A DNA stretch of 32,000 nucleotides. Origin: Acidothermus cellulolyticus 11B. Its GTDB lineage: Bacteria > Actinomycetota > Actinomycetes > Acidothermales > Acidothermaceae. Positions 1 to 10,276 of the stretch are shown one piece after another. How positions within the stretch are numbered: the stretch's first letter is position 1; every line of letters begins with the position of its first letter. Where the stretch lies: assembly GCF_000015025.1 (NCBI RefSeq), contig NC_008578.1:390001-422000 (forward strand), given 5' to 3'. A program made the position numbers and the translations under genes. The notes under the pieces were generated by a model. It was given only the letters and a program-made list of their open reading frames with translations. It was not told where the DNA came from and did not search any database.

Positions 1-702
1 GCCGTACCAGGTCTGCGTGCCGTCGCTGTCGGCGATTTTTACCAGCCGGCCATAACCGGGGGCCGACCCGGCGAAAATGACGGTGCCGTCCGTCGCGGCG
101 AGAATCGGTGAGCCGTAACGGCCGCCGAGGTCGACACCCGCGTGCAGCCGGCCCCATCGACGGCCAAATGGCGAGGTGATTGGCCCGTAATTCGGCCGGA
201 CCCAGTGGGGGGCAGGAGGCGCTGGTGCTGGAGTTGGCGACGCGTTCGATCCCCCCTCATCGGCCGGTGCGGTGTCTGGTGCCGGGTTGTCCGGCTGATC
301 GGCGGGTCCCGGCGTCTGGAGCGTGCCAGGGTCCGGAGCCGGTAGGCCGTCGACGAGGTGGTTCTTGTTGAGGAGGTCGGAGAAGAAATTCAGTCCGCTG
401 AGAGTCGCGGTCGCCGGCGGTGCCGCGGACGTCGACGCGAGCCCGGTCTCCGAACCGCCGATGCCCGGTCGATTCGCGGCACGTGCGGCCCGCGCGGGGA
501 GTCGGCGGACGACGGCGATTCCGCTGTCGGTTGCGCCGAAACTGTTACCGGGTGCCGCGGATGCGGTTGTTATGATCCGCGGCGCGGTATTGCCGATACC
601 CGCTCCGATACCCGAGGCGTTGACCGCTGTGATGAACAGCACACAGCCGCCGATGGTGAATCGGCGACGACGAAACGACCTCGAAGGACGTGACGTGGGC
701 AA
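1..702 (-). CDS. M23 (LytM-type) metallopeptidase. The N-terminal 234 aa lie in the window; the C-terminus runs off the left edge.
   Basis: I translated the minus strand by hand because this ORF is absent from the supplied track (it has no stop inside the window). The translation ends ...[71 protein letters not shown], which carries the HxGxD motif and the glycine-rich core of peptidase M23. The N-terminus has RRRR followed by a hydrophobic segment, consistent with a signal or anchor. A TTG start at 700-702 sits 7 nt after a GGAGG (710-714). An alternative TTG lies at 763-765. Confidence 0.8.
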   Translation of the reverse strand, partial: MPTSRPSRSFRRRRFTIGGCVLFITAVNASGIGAGIGNTAPRIITTASAAPGNSFGATDSGIAVVRRLPARAARAANRPGIGGSETGLASTSAAPPATATLSGLNFFSDLLNKNHLVDGLPAPDPGTLQTPGPADQPDNPAPDTAPADEGGSNASPTPAPAPPAPHWVRPNYGPITSPFGRRWGRLHAGVDLGGRYGSPILAATDGTVIFAGSAPGYGRLVKIADSDGTQTWYG

Positions 703-876
703 AGCCGGGCCTCCGTTGGCGTTGTTGGGCGCTGCACGGTACGCGATGGCTCCCCGTCCGATCAAGGATCGGCCGCCAAGAGACTAGCGGTCGTGCGTGC
801 GACGATGCAAATCGGGTCGGCCCAGTCGAGATATGCTCGAAAAGTCAGGTTTTTTCCGGAATCGTCCGGAGGCGCG

Positions 877-1353
877 ATGGCTGTGGACCGGCGGTGTCGC
901 ATCGTCCTCGCTAAACCCGGGCTGGACGGGCACGATCGCGGCCTGAAAATTGTGGCGCGCGCCCTGCGTGACGCCGGATGTGAGGTTATTTACCTCGGGT
1001 TGCACCAATCGCCGGAAGCGATTGTTTCCGCGGCCGTCCAGGAAGACGCCGACGCAATCGGGCTCTCCATTCTCTCGGGCGCACATATGACGCTTTTCCC
1101 GCGGGTCCTCGAATTGCTTGCCGCGAAGAATGCGCGGGACATCATTGTTTTCGGCGGTGGGATTATTCCGGCCGACGACATCGCCCGCTTGAAAGCGATG
1201 GGCGTGGCCGCGCTTTTCCCGCCGGGGACGCCCACCCGCGACATCGTCGAGTGGGTCCACCAGCACGTGACGCCGCGGAGGCGGACGTTCGATCCGGACA
1301 GCAATGCGCCTGTGGTTCAGGACTCAGCGGAGCCGGACGCCGGCGGACCTTGA
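877..1353 (+). CDS. Stand-alone cobalamin (B12)-binding domain protein, like the small subunit of methylmalonyl-CoA or isobutyryl-CoA mutase (IcmB-like)
   Basis: The segment [74 protein letters not shown] contains the DxHxxG B12-binding motif and closely resembles IcmB and MCM C-terminal domains. ATG 877 is preceded by GGAGG (868-872). The track ORF begins further upstream at 793. Confidence 0.85.
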   Translation: MAVDRRCRIVLAKPGLDGHDRGLKIVARALRDAGCEVIYLGLHQSPEAIVSAAVQEDADAIGLSILSGAHMTLFPRVLELLAAKNARDIIVFGGGIIPADDIARLKAMGVAALFPPGTPTRDIVEWVHQHVTPRRRTFDPDSNAPVVQDSAEPDAGGP

Positions 1354-2225
1354 TTCTCGCCGTGATGCTCCGACTGGCCGCGGTCGGATCCGGGGTTCTC
1401 CGTACCGCCGGTCGGGCCGGACGACTCGGGTTTCTGGTTCTGCCTGTGCTCGTCCCCGGGATTTCCCGGCGAGCCGTGGTCACCGGGATTCCCGCTGTTT
1501 TCGCCGGTGTTGGCCGGCATGTGCTCCGGCGCGGTCTCCTTCCCTGCCAGAACCGTGTTGCAGTAGGCGGTGATGTGATCCGTGCTGTCGTCGCCGACCA
1601 GCGTCGTCAGCTGGCCGCGCAACCCGGATGGCGTGTGCCCGGCTTGTACCGCGGCCAGCCACGCCGTGCACAGTCCGGTGGCCGCCGGCGAAGGCACGGT
1701 GCCGCCGTGCGTTTCGCCAGGCCTTGACGGGGTGGGCGACGGTGACGAGGTTGCGCTGGATAGCGGGCTGGTCAGGCTCGGTGATGGTCCGCTCGGCGGC
1801 GTCGGAAAGCTCGATGCCGGATTCGGAGCGGGGGCGCCGATGACGCGATGCGCAACGCTCTGGAGGCTGGCAGGCAACGCGCTGGCGTACGCCGCCGTGA
1901 CGAGCGCAACCGCTGCGGTCGCCAGTCCACTGGTGGCTCCGACAAGCCGACGGGAGAAGCGGTGTGCCGGCCTGCCCGCCGGGTTCCGCTCCCGCCCCCG
2001 GGCCGCGACGTACCGGCGGAATGCCGCGCGGAAGACCTGCTCGTCAGCGAATTCTTCGGGATGCGGGGGCGCGGCCGCCGCCTTGAGGACTCGGGTCACC
2101 GCGGACCATGACGGGTGCACGGCGTCACTCGACGCACCAGGTGCGAGCAGCGTGTCGAGCTCCGGCACCTCGTGTGGTGGACGCCGGGTGACCAGCCGGT
2201 AGAAAAGCCTCACGGTCGCACCCAT
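1317..2225 (-). CDS. Putative single-pass membrane anti-sigma factor paired with the upstream ECF sigma factor
   Basis: It lies immediately downstream of the ECF sigma gene on the same strand. It has a cytoplasmic N-terminal segment, one hydrophobic helix ([24 protein letters not shown]), a Ser/Pro-rich linker, a two-Cys extracytoplasmic segment and a Gly/Asn/Pro-rich tail. I recognise no catalytic motif, so the call rests on position and architecture only. Confidence 0.5.
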   Translation of the reverse strand: MGATVRLFYRLVTRRPPHEVPELDTLLAPGASSDAVHPSWSAVTRVLKAAAAPPHPEEFADEQVFRAAFRRYVAARGRERNPAGRPAHRFSRRLVGATSGLATAAVALVTAAYASALPASLQSVAHRVIGAPAPNPASSFPTPPSGPSPSLTSPLSSATSSPSPTPSRPGETHGGTVPSPAATGLCTAWLAAVQAGHTPSGLRGQLTTLVGDDSTDHITAYCNTVLAGKETAPEHMPANTGENSGNPGDHGSPGNPGDEHRQNQKPESSGPTGGTENPGSDRGQSEHHGENQGPPASGSAES

Positions 2226-2344
2226 CTCCTCACGGCTTCGCTGTCATTCCAGGGAACGTGGTCATTCCAGACAACGTGCACGACGACCGTCCCGTTACCA
2301 GATGGGGCTTCCCGCCGTCGGACCGGGCGGCGGTATCCACTCCG

Positions 2345-2992
2345 TCAGGTCGCATCGCGCCCTACCACGCCGAAGGGAGGTATCTCTCGCGGTCTCGGGC
2401 TTTCACCCTGCGGTACGGCGCCGGTCAGGGAACCGGCGCGGCTGATCAGAATGTCGTGCAGCCGGCGCAAGCCGCGATGGCAGGCCACCCGCACCGTCCC
2501 GGGTCGTTTGCCGACGATGCGGGCGACCTGATCGACGTCCAGGCCGGCGATGACGCGGAGCACGATGATTTCCGCCTGCTCCGCCGGGAGCTGACCAATG
2601 AGCCGCAAGGCCTCCCGGGTTTCCAGCAACTCGATGGCGTCGTCCGCGGCGTCGGCGGGATGGGGTGCGGCGGGCAGCTCGGCGTCGTGCGCGAGGGGTT
2701 GCGCGGGCCGGCGTCCTTCGTAGCGACGCCAGTCGACCACCTTGCTCCGCGCCACGGTGAACACCCAGCCACGGAAACCCGCCTCGTCGCCACGGAAGCG
2801 ATCAAGACCGCGAATGACGTGCAGCCAGGTTTCCGATGCGAGATCCTCGGCCGCATCGCCGGCGATGACGCGGAGGTAGCGCAGGAGCGCCGGGTGAACG
2901 TCGCGCCACAGCGTCGCGAAGGCGTCTTCTTCCCCAGCCTGGGCGGCCTGGAGCAACGCGGCGAATGACGGATCGGGCATCGGTTGTCTCAT
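2345..2992 (-). CDS. ECF-type RNA polymerase sigma-70 family factor
   Basis: The region 2 signature is ETWLHVIRGLDRFRGDEAGFRGWVFTVARSKVVDWRR. The region 4 helix-turn-helix is LPAEQAEIIVLRVIAGLDVDQVARIVGKRPGTVRVACHRGLRRL. The start is ATG 2992 or ATG 2980. Confidence 0.9.
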   Translation of the reverse strand: MRQPMPDPSFAALLQAAQAGEEDAFATLWRDVHPALLRYLRVIAGDAAEDLASETWLHVIRGLDRFRGDEAGFRGWVFTVARSKVVDWRRYEGRRPAQPLAHDAELPAAPHPADAADDAIELLETREALRLIGQLPAEQAEIIVLRVIAGLDVDQVARIVGKRPGTVRVACHRGLRRLHDILISRAGSLTGAVPQGESPRPREIPPFGVVGRDAT

Positions 2993-3186
2993 CGGTCGAC
3001 GACGGTGAATTGTGTACGGTTCGACACCCGGCCCGCGGCTAGGGGTGGCGGAACGGAGATCGTTGACACTGGTTACGCTCGACCGCGTCGAATGTCGACG
3101 CGCTGACGCCGGTGCGCATCACCTGCTGACCGGCGGCCGGCTGCGTCAGCCGCGCCGGCAGCACGGACCGAGACCGAGGACGTGTC

Positions 3187-4365
3187 GTGGACCTTTTCGA
3201 GTACCAGGCCAAGGAGTTGTTCGCGGCGCACGGTGTTCCGATTACCCCCGGCGAGGTCGCGGAGAACCCGGATCAGGCAGCGGATATTGCCCGACGTCTT
3301 GGCGGCCGGGTCGTCGTCAAGGCGCAGGTGAAGACCGGAGGCCGGGGGAAGGCCGGTGGGGTGAAGCTGGCCGATGATGCCGACGCGGCGGCAGCCGCGG
3401 CGGAAGCGATCCTCGGCATGGAGATCCGCGGTCATCGAGTTCACCGGGTGCTGGTCACGACCGCGGTCGATATCGCCCACGAGTACTACGTCGCGTTTCT
3501 CGTCGACCGGTCCCGGCGGTCCTTCCTGGCGATGGGTTCGGCCGAAGGCGGGGTGGAGATCGAACAGGTCGCCGCCGAGAATCCGCAGGCCATCGTCCGC
3601 GTTCCCATCGACGCCACCGAGGGAGTCGATGCGACCCTGGCCGCCCGCATCGCCGACGACATTGGCTTTCCCGCCGCGGTCCGCGACGAGGCGGTGCGGA
3701 TCCTCCGAGGCCTGTGGGAGGCCTTTCAGGCCGAGGACGCCAGCCTTGTCGAGGTCAATCCCCTGGTCCGCACCCTCGACGACCGGCTGATCGCACTCGA
3801 CGGCAAGGTGACCCTCGACGACAACGCCGATTTTCGCCATCCCGACCGAGCACGGTTCGCCGACCCGAGCGCCGCGGATCCACTGGAAGCGAAGGCAAAA
3901 GCAGCCGGGCTCCATTACGTGAAATTGGACGGCGAGGTCGGTGTCATCGGCAACGGCGCCGGGCTGGTGATGAGCACACTCGACGTCGTGGCGTACGCCG
4001 GCGAAACGTACGGCGGAATACGCCCGGCGAATTTCCTCGACATCGGCGGCGGGGCCTCCGCGGAGGTGATGGCCGCCGGATTGACGGTGGTGCTTGCGGA
4101 TCCAGCAGTGCGGGCGGTGTTGGTGAATGTCTTCGGCGGTATTACCGCGTGCGATGCCGTCGCCCGTGGAATTGTCGCCGCGTTTGAGAATCTGATTGCG
4201 GCTGGTGAACGCATCGACGTCCCGTTGGTCGTCCGGCTTGACGGAAACCGGGCGGCCGAAGGGCGAGCAATTCTGGCCGCGGCGCAATTGCCACGCGTCG
4301 AACAGGTGGAGACCATGGACGATGCCGCGCGGCGGGTGGCCGAACTCGCCGCGGCAGCACGGTAG
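3187..4365 (+). CDS. sucC: Succinyl-CoA synthetase (ADP-forming) beta subunit
   Basis: The N-terminus (V)[17 protein letters not shown] is typical of the ATP-grasp domain. The protein is 392 aa and is followed directly by sucD. GAGGA lies 6 nt upstream of the GTG start. Confidence 0.95.
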   Translation: MDLFEYQAKELFAAHGVPITPGEVAENPDQAADIARRLGGRVVVKAQVKTGGRGKAGGVKLADDADAAAAAAEAILGMEIRGHRVHRVLVTTAVDIAHEYYVAFLVDRSRRSFLAMGSAEGGVEIEQVAAENPQAIVRVPIDATEGVDATLAARIADDIGFPAAVRDEAVRILRGLWEAFQAEDASLVEVNPLVRTLDDRLIALDGKVTLDDNADFRHPDRARFADPSAADPLEAKAKAAGLHYVKLDGEVGVIGNGAGLVMSTLDVVAYAGETYGGIRPANFLDIGGGASAEVMAAGLTVVLADPAVRAVLVNVFGGITACDAVARGIVAAFENLIAAGERIDVPLVVRLDGNRAAEGRAILAAAQLPRVEQVETMDDAARRVAELAAAAR

Positions 4366-4381
4366 GCAAGGAGCGCATTCA

Positions 4382-5269
4382 ATGGCGATATTCGTAGACC
4401 GCACCAGCCGGGTCATCGTCCAAGGCATCACCGGGTCGGAGGGGAGCAAGCACACCCAGCGGATGCTGCGGGCCGGAACGACGATCGTCGGGGGAACGAA
4501 CCCGCGGAAGGCAGGCACCTTTGTGGAGTTCGACGACGTCAAGCTGCCGGTTTTCGCCACCGTAGCGGACGCGATGGCCGAAACAGGCGCCGACGTCGCG
4601 GTTGGGTTCGTGCCGCCCGCCGGGGCGAAGGCGGCGATGCTGGAGGCAATCGACGCAGGAATACCTTTGCTCGTCGTCATTACCGAAGGAATTCCGGTCC
4701 ACGACACGATGTACGCCTGGGCGTATGCGGCGCGCCGCGGGCACCGCACCCGCATCATCGGACCGAATTGCCCGGGCATTACCTCACCCGGCCAGTCGAA
4801 CGTCGGCATCATTCCGGCCGACATCACCGAACCCGGGAGGATCGGCCTGGTGTCGAAATCCGGGACGCTCACCTACCAGATGATGTTTGAATTGCGCGAC
4901 ATCGGTTTTTCCACCTGCGTCGGCATCGGAGGGGACCCGATCATCGGCACGACGCACATTGATTGCCTGCGCGCTTTTCAAGAGGATCCGGAGACCGACG
5001 TCATCGTGATGATCGGGGAGATCGGCGGGGACGCCGAGGAGCTGGCCGCTGCGTACATCGCCGAACACGTGACGAAACCCGTCGTCGGGTATGTCGCTGG
5101 GTTCACCGCGCCCGAGGGCAAAACCATGGGCCACGCTGGAGCGATCATCTCCGGCTCGGCGGGAACCGCGCAAGCGAAGAAAGAGGCGTTGGAGCGGGTC
5201 GGGGTCCGCGTCGGCCGGACGCCGTCACAGACCGCGCAGCTCGTTCGGGAAATCATGCGCGGTCGTTAA
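4382..5269 (+). CDS. sucD: Succinyl-CoA synthetase alpha subunit
   Basis: It begins [21 protein letters not shown] and carries the phosphohistidine loop [15 protein letters not shown] (4368-4373) precedes ATG 4382. The track ORF start at 4196 lies inside sucC and is not used. Confidence 0.95.
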   Translation: MAIFVDRTSRVIVQGITGSEGSKHTQRMLRAGTTIVGGTNPRKAGTFVEFDDVKLPVFATVADAMAETGADVAVGFVPPAGAKAAMLEAIDAGIPLLVVITEGIPVHDTMYAWAYAARRGHRTRIIGPNCPGITSPGQSNVGIIPADITEPGRIGLVSKSGTLTYQMMFELRDIGFSTCVGIGGDPIIGTTHIDCLRAFQEDPETDVIVMIGEIGGDAEELAAAYIAEHVTKPVVGYVAGFTAPEGKTMGHAGAIISGSAGTAQAKKEALERVGVRVGRTPSQTAQLVREIMRGR

Positions 5270-5370
5270 CCGGGCGGTGTACGCACCCTGCCCCGGCCGC
5301 GGATCGGCTTGGCCGGTAGCCGTGGCCGCCGGTCCAGCGGGCCGCGGGGACGGCGCATTCCCTTCCGCCC

Positions 5371-6603
5371 GTGGCGATACCGCTCGTGGCAATACCCGTC
5401 TTCCCTCCCGGCGGCTGGGACCATAGCGGGGTGAGTGTCACCACCGCGCGACGTCCCGAAGCGATCGACGCACCGGCACCGGCCCGGCTGCCACGGGTGC
5501 TCCTCGGGGTCGCCGCCGCGGTCTGGGCCGCCGTCCTAGGCCTGGCCTTTCTGGTCTGCGCCGTGCTCGCCGCATGGGTGAGCGCGGACCACCACGACCC
5601 ATCGCTGCGTCCTGCGCTCGCGACCGCCGTCCAGGCCTGGCTTTTAGCGCACCGCGACCTGCTGCGATTGCATGCCGGCGGAACGATCGGAATTGCTCCG
5701 CTGGGTGTGACGCTCGGCCTGTACCTCGTGCTCGATCGATGCGCCCGATGGATGGCGCGTCGATCCGCTGTCACCGACGCCGCGGGCGCGTTGGGCGTGG
5801 CCGGCGCGCTCGCCGTGCCGTACGGCGTCACCGCGGCCCTCCTGACCGTGGCGGGCAAGACCCCCGCTGTGTTGCCCGATCCCCTCGCGGCGCTCGGGGG
5901 CGGGCTCGCCCTTGCGTTCGCGGCCGGTCTCGGTGGTGCTTTCCGCGAGGCGGGGTGCTGGCCTGACCTTCGCGACCGGTTCCCGGCAAGCTGGCGGCTC
6001 ACCGCCGCGGCAGCGGCACGGACCGGTGTCGTTCTGGCCGTCGGTGCGGCTGGGCTCGTGGCGGCGGCTGCCGGCCTCCGGTTTCCGGCGATGGTACGGA
6101 CGGCGGACCAGGTGGGCGGCGGGGTCGGCAGCGGCATCTTGCTCGGCCTGTTGTCGGTCGCCTACCTGCCGAATTTCTTGGGGTGGGCGCTCGGTTTCGC
6201 GGCGGGATCCGGTTTCGCGGTCGGCGTGGGCACGACAGTCGCGCCTGGCGGGGTCCGGCTCGGTCCGGTGCCGATGCTCCCGCCGCTCGGTGCCATCCCA
6301 GAGTCGGTGTCCGCGCTTGCGTGGTGCGTCCTGGCGATACCGCTGGCGGCTGGAGCGGCCGGGGGCTGGCGGCTGGCCGAGAACACATTGTCGCGGCGGG
6401 TTCTGCTGCTTCGGGCCGCCGCGTTGGCCGGCGCGCTGGCAATGCTTGCCGCTGCCGTGGCCTGGCTCTCCGGTGGATCTATCGGGCCGGGTCGGATGGC
6501 CGTTGTCGGGCCGTCGCTCTTCTGGACGCCGCTTGCGGTCGGCGCTGAAGTGTTCGCGGGCGCGGCCGCTGCCGGGTGGCTGCGGAGCAGACAGGTGGCC
6601 TGA
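5371..6603 (+). CDS. Polytopic integral membrane protein, in the position of mycobacterial PerM / DUF6350 between sucD and purN
   Basis: It has about 10 Ala/Leu/Gly-rich hydrophobic segments. Its position between sucCD and purNH is conserved in actinobacteria, from my memory of that synteny. The start is uncertain: GTG 5371 or GTG 5431. Confidence 0.6.
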   Translation: MAIPLVAIPVFPPGGWDHSGVSVTTARRPEAIDAPAPARLPRVLLGVAAAVWAAVLGLAFLVCAVLAAWVSADHHDPSLRPALATAVQAWLLAHRDLLRLHAGGTIGIAPLGVTLGLYLVLDRCARWMARRSAVTDAAGALGVAGALAVPYGVTAALLTVAGKTPAVLPDPLAALGGGLALAFAAGLGGAFREAGCWPDLRDRFPASWRLTAAAAARTGVVLAVGAAGLVAAAAGLRFPAMVRTADQVGGGVGSGILLGLLSVAYLPNFLGWALGFAAGSGFAVGVGTTVAPGGVRLGPVPMLPPLGAIPESVSALAWCVLAIPLAAGAAGGWRLAENTLSRRVLLLRAAALAGALAMLAAAVAWLSGGSIGPGRMAVVGPSLFWTPLAVGAEVFAGAAAAGWLRSRQVA

Positions 6604-6647
6604 AACGATCTCCCGATATCGTGGGGCCGGCCGTCACGAAGGAGACC

Positions 6648-7256
6648 ATGAAACGCACGCGCCTCGTCGTCTTAGTGTCGGGGACCGGTACCAACCTCCA
6701 GGCACTGCTGGACGCCGCATCCGCCCCCGGTTACCCGGCCGTAGTGGTTGCCGTCGGTGCGGATCGCGATGACGCGCAGGGATTGAAACGCGCAGAACGC
6801 GCCGGGGTGCCGACGTTCGTCGTCCGGTTGGCCGATTTCGCCGACCGCGGCGAATGGGACGCGGCGTTGGCGGCGGCGGTGGCGGCGTACGACCCGGACC
6901 TCGTCGTCCTCGCCGGGTTCATGAAGCTGGTCGGTACTGCGTTTCTGGCCCGATTTCCCGGCCGCATCATCAATACCCACCCCGCGCTGTCACCGGCGTT
7001 TCCCGGTGTGCACGCCCCGCGGGATGCCCTCCGGTACGGGGTGAAAATCACCGGATGCACGATTTTCCTCGTGGATGAAGGCATTGACACCGGGCCCATC
7101 ATCGCCCAGGCTCCGGTTCCGGTGCGGGTGGATGATGACGAAACGTCGCTGCACGAACGCATCAAAAGTGTGGAGCGCGCGTTGTTGGTGGACACCGTCG
7201 CCCGCATGGCGGCGTTCGGTTGGACGGTAGACGGAAGGAAGGTCACGATTCCGTGA
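6648..7256 (+). CDS. purN: Phosphoribosylglycinamide formyltransferase
   Basis: Motifs present are [18 protein letters not shown] and [20 protein letters not shown] (6638-6644) precedes ATG 6648. Confidence 0.92.
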   Translation: MKRTRLVVLVSGTGTNLQALLDAASAPGYPAVVVAVGADRDDAQGLKRAERAGVPTFVVRLADFADRGEWDAALAAAVAAYDPDLVVLAGFMKLVGTAFLARFPGRIINTHPALSPAFPGVHAPRDALRYGVKITGCTIFLVDEGIDTGPIIAQAPVPVRVDDDETSLHERIKSVERALLVDTVARMAAFGWTVDGRKVTIP

Positions 7257-8848
7257 GCACGTTCGATATTCCCGATACCGCTGAGGCGGGCCGGCGCCCG
7301 ATCCGCCGGGCGCTGGTCTCGGTGTATGACAAGACCTCCCTCGTTGAATTGGGCCGCGGTCTCGCGGCGGCCGGAGTCGAAATCGTCTCAACGGGAAGCA
7401 CGGCGAGTGTCCTTGAAGAGGCAGGTGTTCCCGTCGTCCGGGTCGAAACGGTCACCGGATTTCCGGAATGCCTCGACGGCCGCGTCAAGACGCTGCATCC
7501 CGCGATTCATGCCGGGCTCCTTGCGGATGTCACCCGGCCGGAACACGCTCGGCAACTCAGTGACCTCGGTGTGCGGCCCTTTGACCTGCTCGTGGTCAAC
7601 CTCTACCCGTTCTCCGAGACCGTGGCGCGGGGAGCGTCAGCTGCGGAGGTCATCGACCAGATCGATATCGGCGGTCCGGCGATGGTCCGCGCCGCGGCGA
7701 AGAATCACCACTGTGTCGCCGTCATCACCTCACCCGCGCGCTATCAGGACGTCTTGGATGCCGTGCATCACGGCGGTTTCACGGACGCCGAGCGCCGGGC
7801 GCTCGCCGTTGAGGCGTTCGTGCACACGGCGTCCTATGACATCGCCGTCGCGACCTGGATGGGTGGTTCGTACACGCCGACAGATGAGGGAAGCGGATTT
7901 CCCGAATGGCTCGGGGCAAGTTACCGGCGCGCTGAGATATTGCGGTACGGCGAGAATCCGCATCAACGGGCGGCCCTCTACCGGGCGGACCACGCCGCTC
8001 CCGGGCTGGCGCAGGCGCGGGTTCTGCACGGCAAGGCCATGTCGTACAACAACTACGTGGACACCGACGCCGCGCATCGGGCGGCGTACGACTTCACCGA
8101 ACCGTGCGTCGCCATTGTGAAACACGCAAACCCGTGCGGCATAGCCGTCGGCCGGGACATCGCGGAAGCACACCGTAAAGCCCACGCGTGTGACCCCGTC
8201 TCGGCATATGGCGGCGTCATTGCGGCGAATCGGGAAGTCAGCGTCGCCATGGCGGAACAGATTGCGGACATTTTCACGGAAGTGGTCTGTGCGCCGAGTT
8301 ACGCCGAGGGAGCCCTCGACATTCTCACTGCGAAGAAGAATCTGCGCATTCTGCTCTGTCCCGGACTGCACCCTGCGCACCGGGTGCGGGAATTCCGCCG
8401 GATCAGCGGGGGGCTTCTGGTGCAGACCGTGGACAACCTCGACGCCGAGGGTGACGACCCGGCGAATTGGCAACTGCGCGCCGGGGAGCCGGCGGACGAC
8501 CAGACGCTCGCGGATTTGGAGTTCGCCTGGCGGGCGGTGCGGTCGGTAAAGTCGAACGCCATTCTGCTTGCCGCCGACCGCGCATCGGTCGGCGTCGGAA
8601 TGGGCCAGGTCAATCGGGTGGACGCCGCCCGCCTGGCGGTGCAACGGGCCGGCGACCGGGCGAAAGGCGCGGTCGCCGCATCGGACGCGTTCTTCCCGTT
8701 CGCCGACGGCCTGCAGGTTCTGATCGACGCCGGAGTCCGAGCCGTGGTGGAGCCCGGCGGGTCCGTGCGTGACGATGAGGTCGTCGAGGCTGCACGCCGA
8801 GCCGGTATCACCCTGTACTTCACCGGAAGCCGTCATTTCTCCCACTGA
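7253..8848 (+). CDS. purH: Bifunctional AICAR formyltransferase / IMP cyclohydrolase
   Basis: It has [20 protein letters not shown] (MGS-like domain), an AICARFT core, and a C-terminus [13 protein letters not shown]. The GTG start overlaps the purN stop codon (GTGA at 7253-7256), indicating translational coupling. Confidence 0.93.
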   Translation: MSTFDIPDTAEAGRRPIRRALVSVYDKTSLVELGRGLAAAGVEIVSTGSTASVLEEAGVPVVRVETVTGFPECLDGRVKTLHPAIHAGLLADVTRPEHARQLSDLGVRPFDLLVVNLYPFSETVARGASAAEVIDQIDIGGPAMVRAAAKNHHCVAVITSPARYQDVLDAVHHGGFTDAERRALAVEAFVHTASYDIAVATWMGGSYTPTDEGSGFPEWLGASYRRAEILRYGENPHQRAALYRADHAAPGLAQARVLHGKAMSYNNYVDTDAAHRAAYDFTEPCVAIVKHANPCGIAVGRDIAEAHRKAHACDPVSAYGGVIAANREVSVAMAEQIADIFTEVVCAPSYAEGALDILTAKKNLRILLCPGLHPAHRVREFRRISGGLLVQTVDNLDAEGDDPANWQLRAGEPADDQTLADLEFAWRAVRSVKSNAILLAADRASVGVGMGQVNRVDAARLAVQRAGDRAKGAVAASDAFFPFADGLQVLIDAGVRAVVEPGGSVRDDEVVEAARRAGITLYFTGSRHFSH

Positions 8849-8920
8849 CGCGACAGCGGCTCGGTTGGTGCGAATTCTCGGGGGCGCAAGCGTATCGACG
8901 ACGTCAGGAGGGTGGAGCCG

Positions 8921-9802
8921 ATGGGTGCGGTCATTCTGGACGGGCGGGCCGTTGCCGCCGACATTCTTGCGGAATTGACGGAGCGCGTCGGCCGGCTGCG
9001 CGGCCAGGGCGTGCTCCCGGGGCTCGGTACAGTGCTCGTCGGCGACGATCCGGCGAGTCACGCCTATGTCGCCGGCAAGCATCGGGACTGCGCGAAGGTC
9101 GGCATCGCCAGCATCGAGCGCACCCTTCCGGCCTCCGCTTCGCAGGCGGAGGTGGCCGCGGTGATCGACGAATTGAATGCCGACCCGGCGTGCACCGGTT
9201 ACATCGTCCAGTTGCCGCTGCCCGCGGGTCTCGACGAGGTCGCGGTTCTTGAGCGGATGGATCCGGCGAAGGACGCTGACGGGTTGCATCCGGTCAATCT
9301 CGGCCGGCTCGTTCTCATGCGGCCGGGGCCGTTGCCCTGTACGCCGCGCGGGTGCCTGGAATTGCTGCGCCGTTACGAGGTGCCCATCGCCGGCGCGGAC
9401 GTCGTCGTCATCGGCCGGGGCATTACCGTCGGGCGGGCGCTCGGTCTCCTGCTGACCCGCCGAAGTGAGAATGCGACCGTTACCACCTGCCACACCGGGA
9501 CGAAGGACCTTGCTGCGCACGTCCGGCGCGCGGACATCGTCGTCGCCGCGGCGGGCGTTCCCGGGCTGGTCACGCCGGACATAGTGAAGCCCGGGGCCGC
9601 CGTGCTCGATGTCGGCATCACGCGGGTCATCGGGGACGACGGTCGAGCGCGCTACACCGGCGACGTACACCCCGATGTCCGGGAGGTCGCGGGCTGGTTG
9701 GCGCCAATGCCTGGCGGTGTCGGACCGATGACCCGGGCGATGCTTCTCGCCAACGTCGTGGAAGCCGCCGAGCGCCAGGCAGGTTTTCCCGCCGCCTCGT
9801 AG
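8921..9802 (+). CDS. folD: Bifunctional methylenetetrahydrofolate dehydrogenase / methenyl-THF cyclohydrolase
   Basis: It begins [15 protein letters not shown] and contains YIVQLPLP and [21 protein letters not shown] (8906-8911) lies 9 nt before ATG 8921. The track start GTG 8912 abuts the Shine-Dalgarno sequence, so it is unlikely. Confidence 0.92.
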
Positions 9803-9958
9803 CCGAATTGCCGGACGGCGGCGCCCACCTGCGTCGGCCCGCCTGCCGGTCCGCCACCGGCCTGCCCGGCTCGGCAGACTGAGCATTCCCGCGGCATGAC
9901 CTGCGACGACGAAAGGGCCGACGCCGGTAGGCTCGACCCAGGTCGAGAAAGGGCATCC

Positions 9959-10243
9959 ATGGACGACGACCGCCGTCAGGAGCCACCGAAGTGGCACACC
10001 GAAGTGCCGCTCGCGCTGGCTCTTGCCGGCGTGAGTGTCGGCCTTTTTGTCATTGCCATCCACCATTTCCGGTGGGGTGTGGCAGCGATTGCCGTTTCTT
10101 TGCTTGGCGCAGCCTTTCTCCGGCTGATTCTGCCGGCGCGACGCGCTGGCCTGCTCGTCGTCCGAAGCCGTTTCGTCGACGTCGTCACGCTGAGTACGCT
10201 CGGCGGAGCGCTCCTTCTGCTGGATCTCGTCACCCGGCAGTAA
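9959..10243 (+). CDS. Small two-helix membrane protein (DUF3017-like)
   Basis: It has two hydrophobic helices (VPLALALAGVSVGLFVIAI and GVAAIAVSLLGAAFLRLIL). Its position between folD and mdh is conserved. The start is ATG 9959, or upstream at 9896. Confidence 0.6.
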   Translation: MDDDRRQEPPKWHTEVPLALALAGVSVGLFVIAIHHFRWGVAAIAVSLLGAAFLRLILPARRAGLLVVRSRFVDVVTLSTLGGALLLLDLVTRQ

Positions 10244-10276
10244 GGGCTCGATGCAGGCGGGATAGGATAACCGATC

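Noticed and set aside
703-876. A possible c-di-AMP (ydaO-type) riboswitch upstream of the M23 peptidase gene. Such riboswitches often precede cell-wall hydrolase genes in actinobacteria, and the leader contains ACGGGGAGCC.
   Set aside because: The highly conserved ydaO elements that I remember (GGGGUGAAUCC, CCCGAAYCCG, CAGCUAACCUCGUA) are absent. Only one short G-rich match remains. An Infernal/Rfam scan would settle it.
3011-3040. A tRNA T-loop-like string, GGTTCGACACC
   Set aside because: No acceptor, D or anticodon arms can be built around it. No other tRNA-like or rRNA-like sequence was seen in the window.
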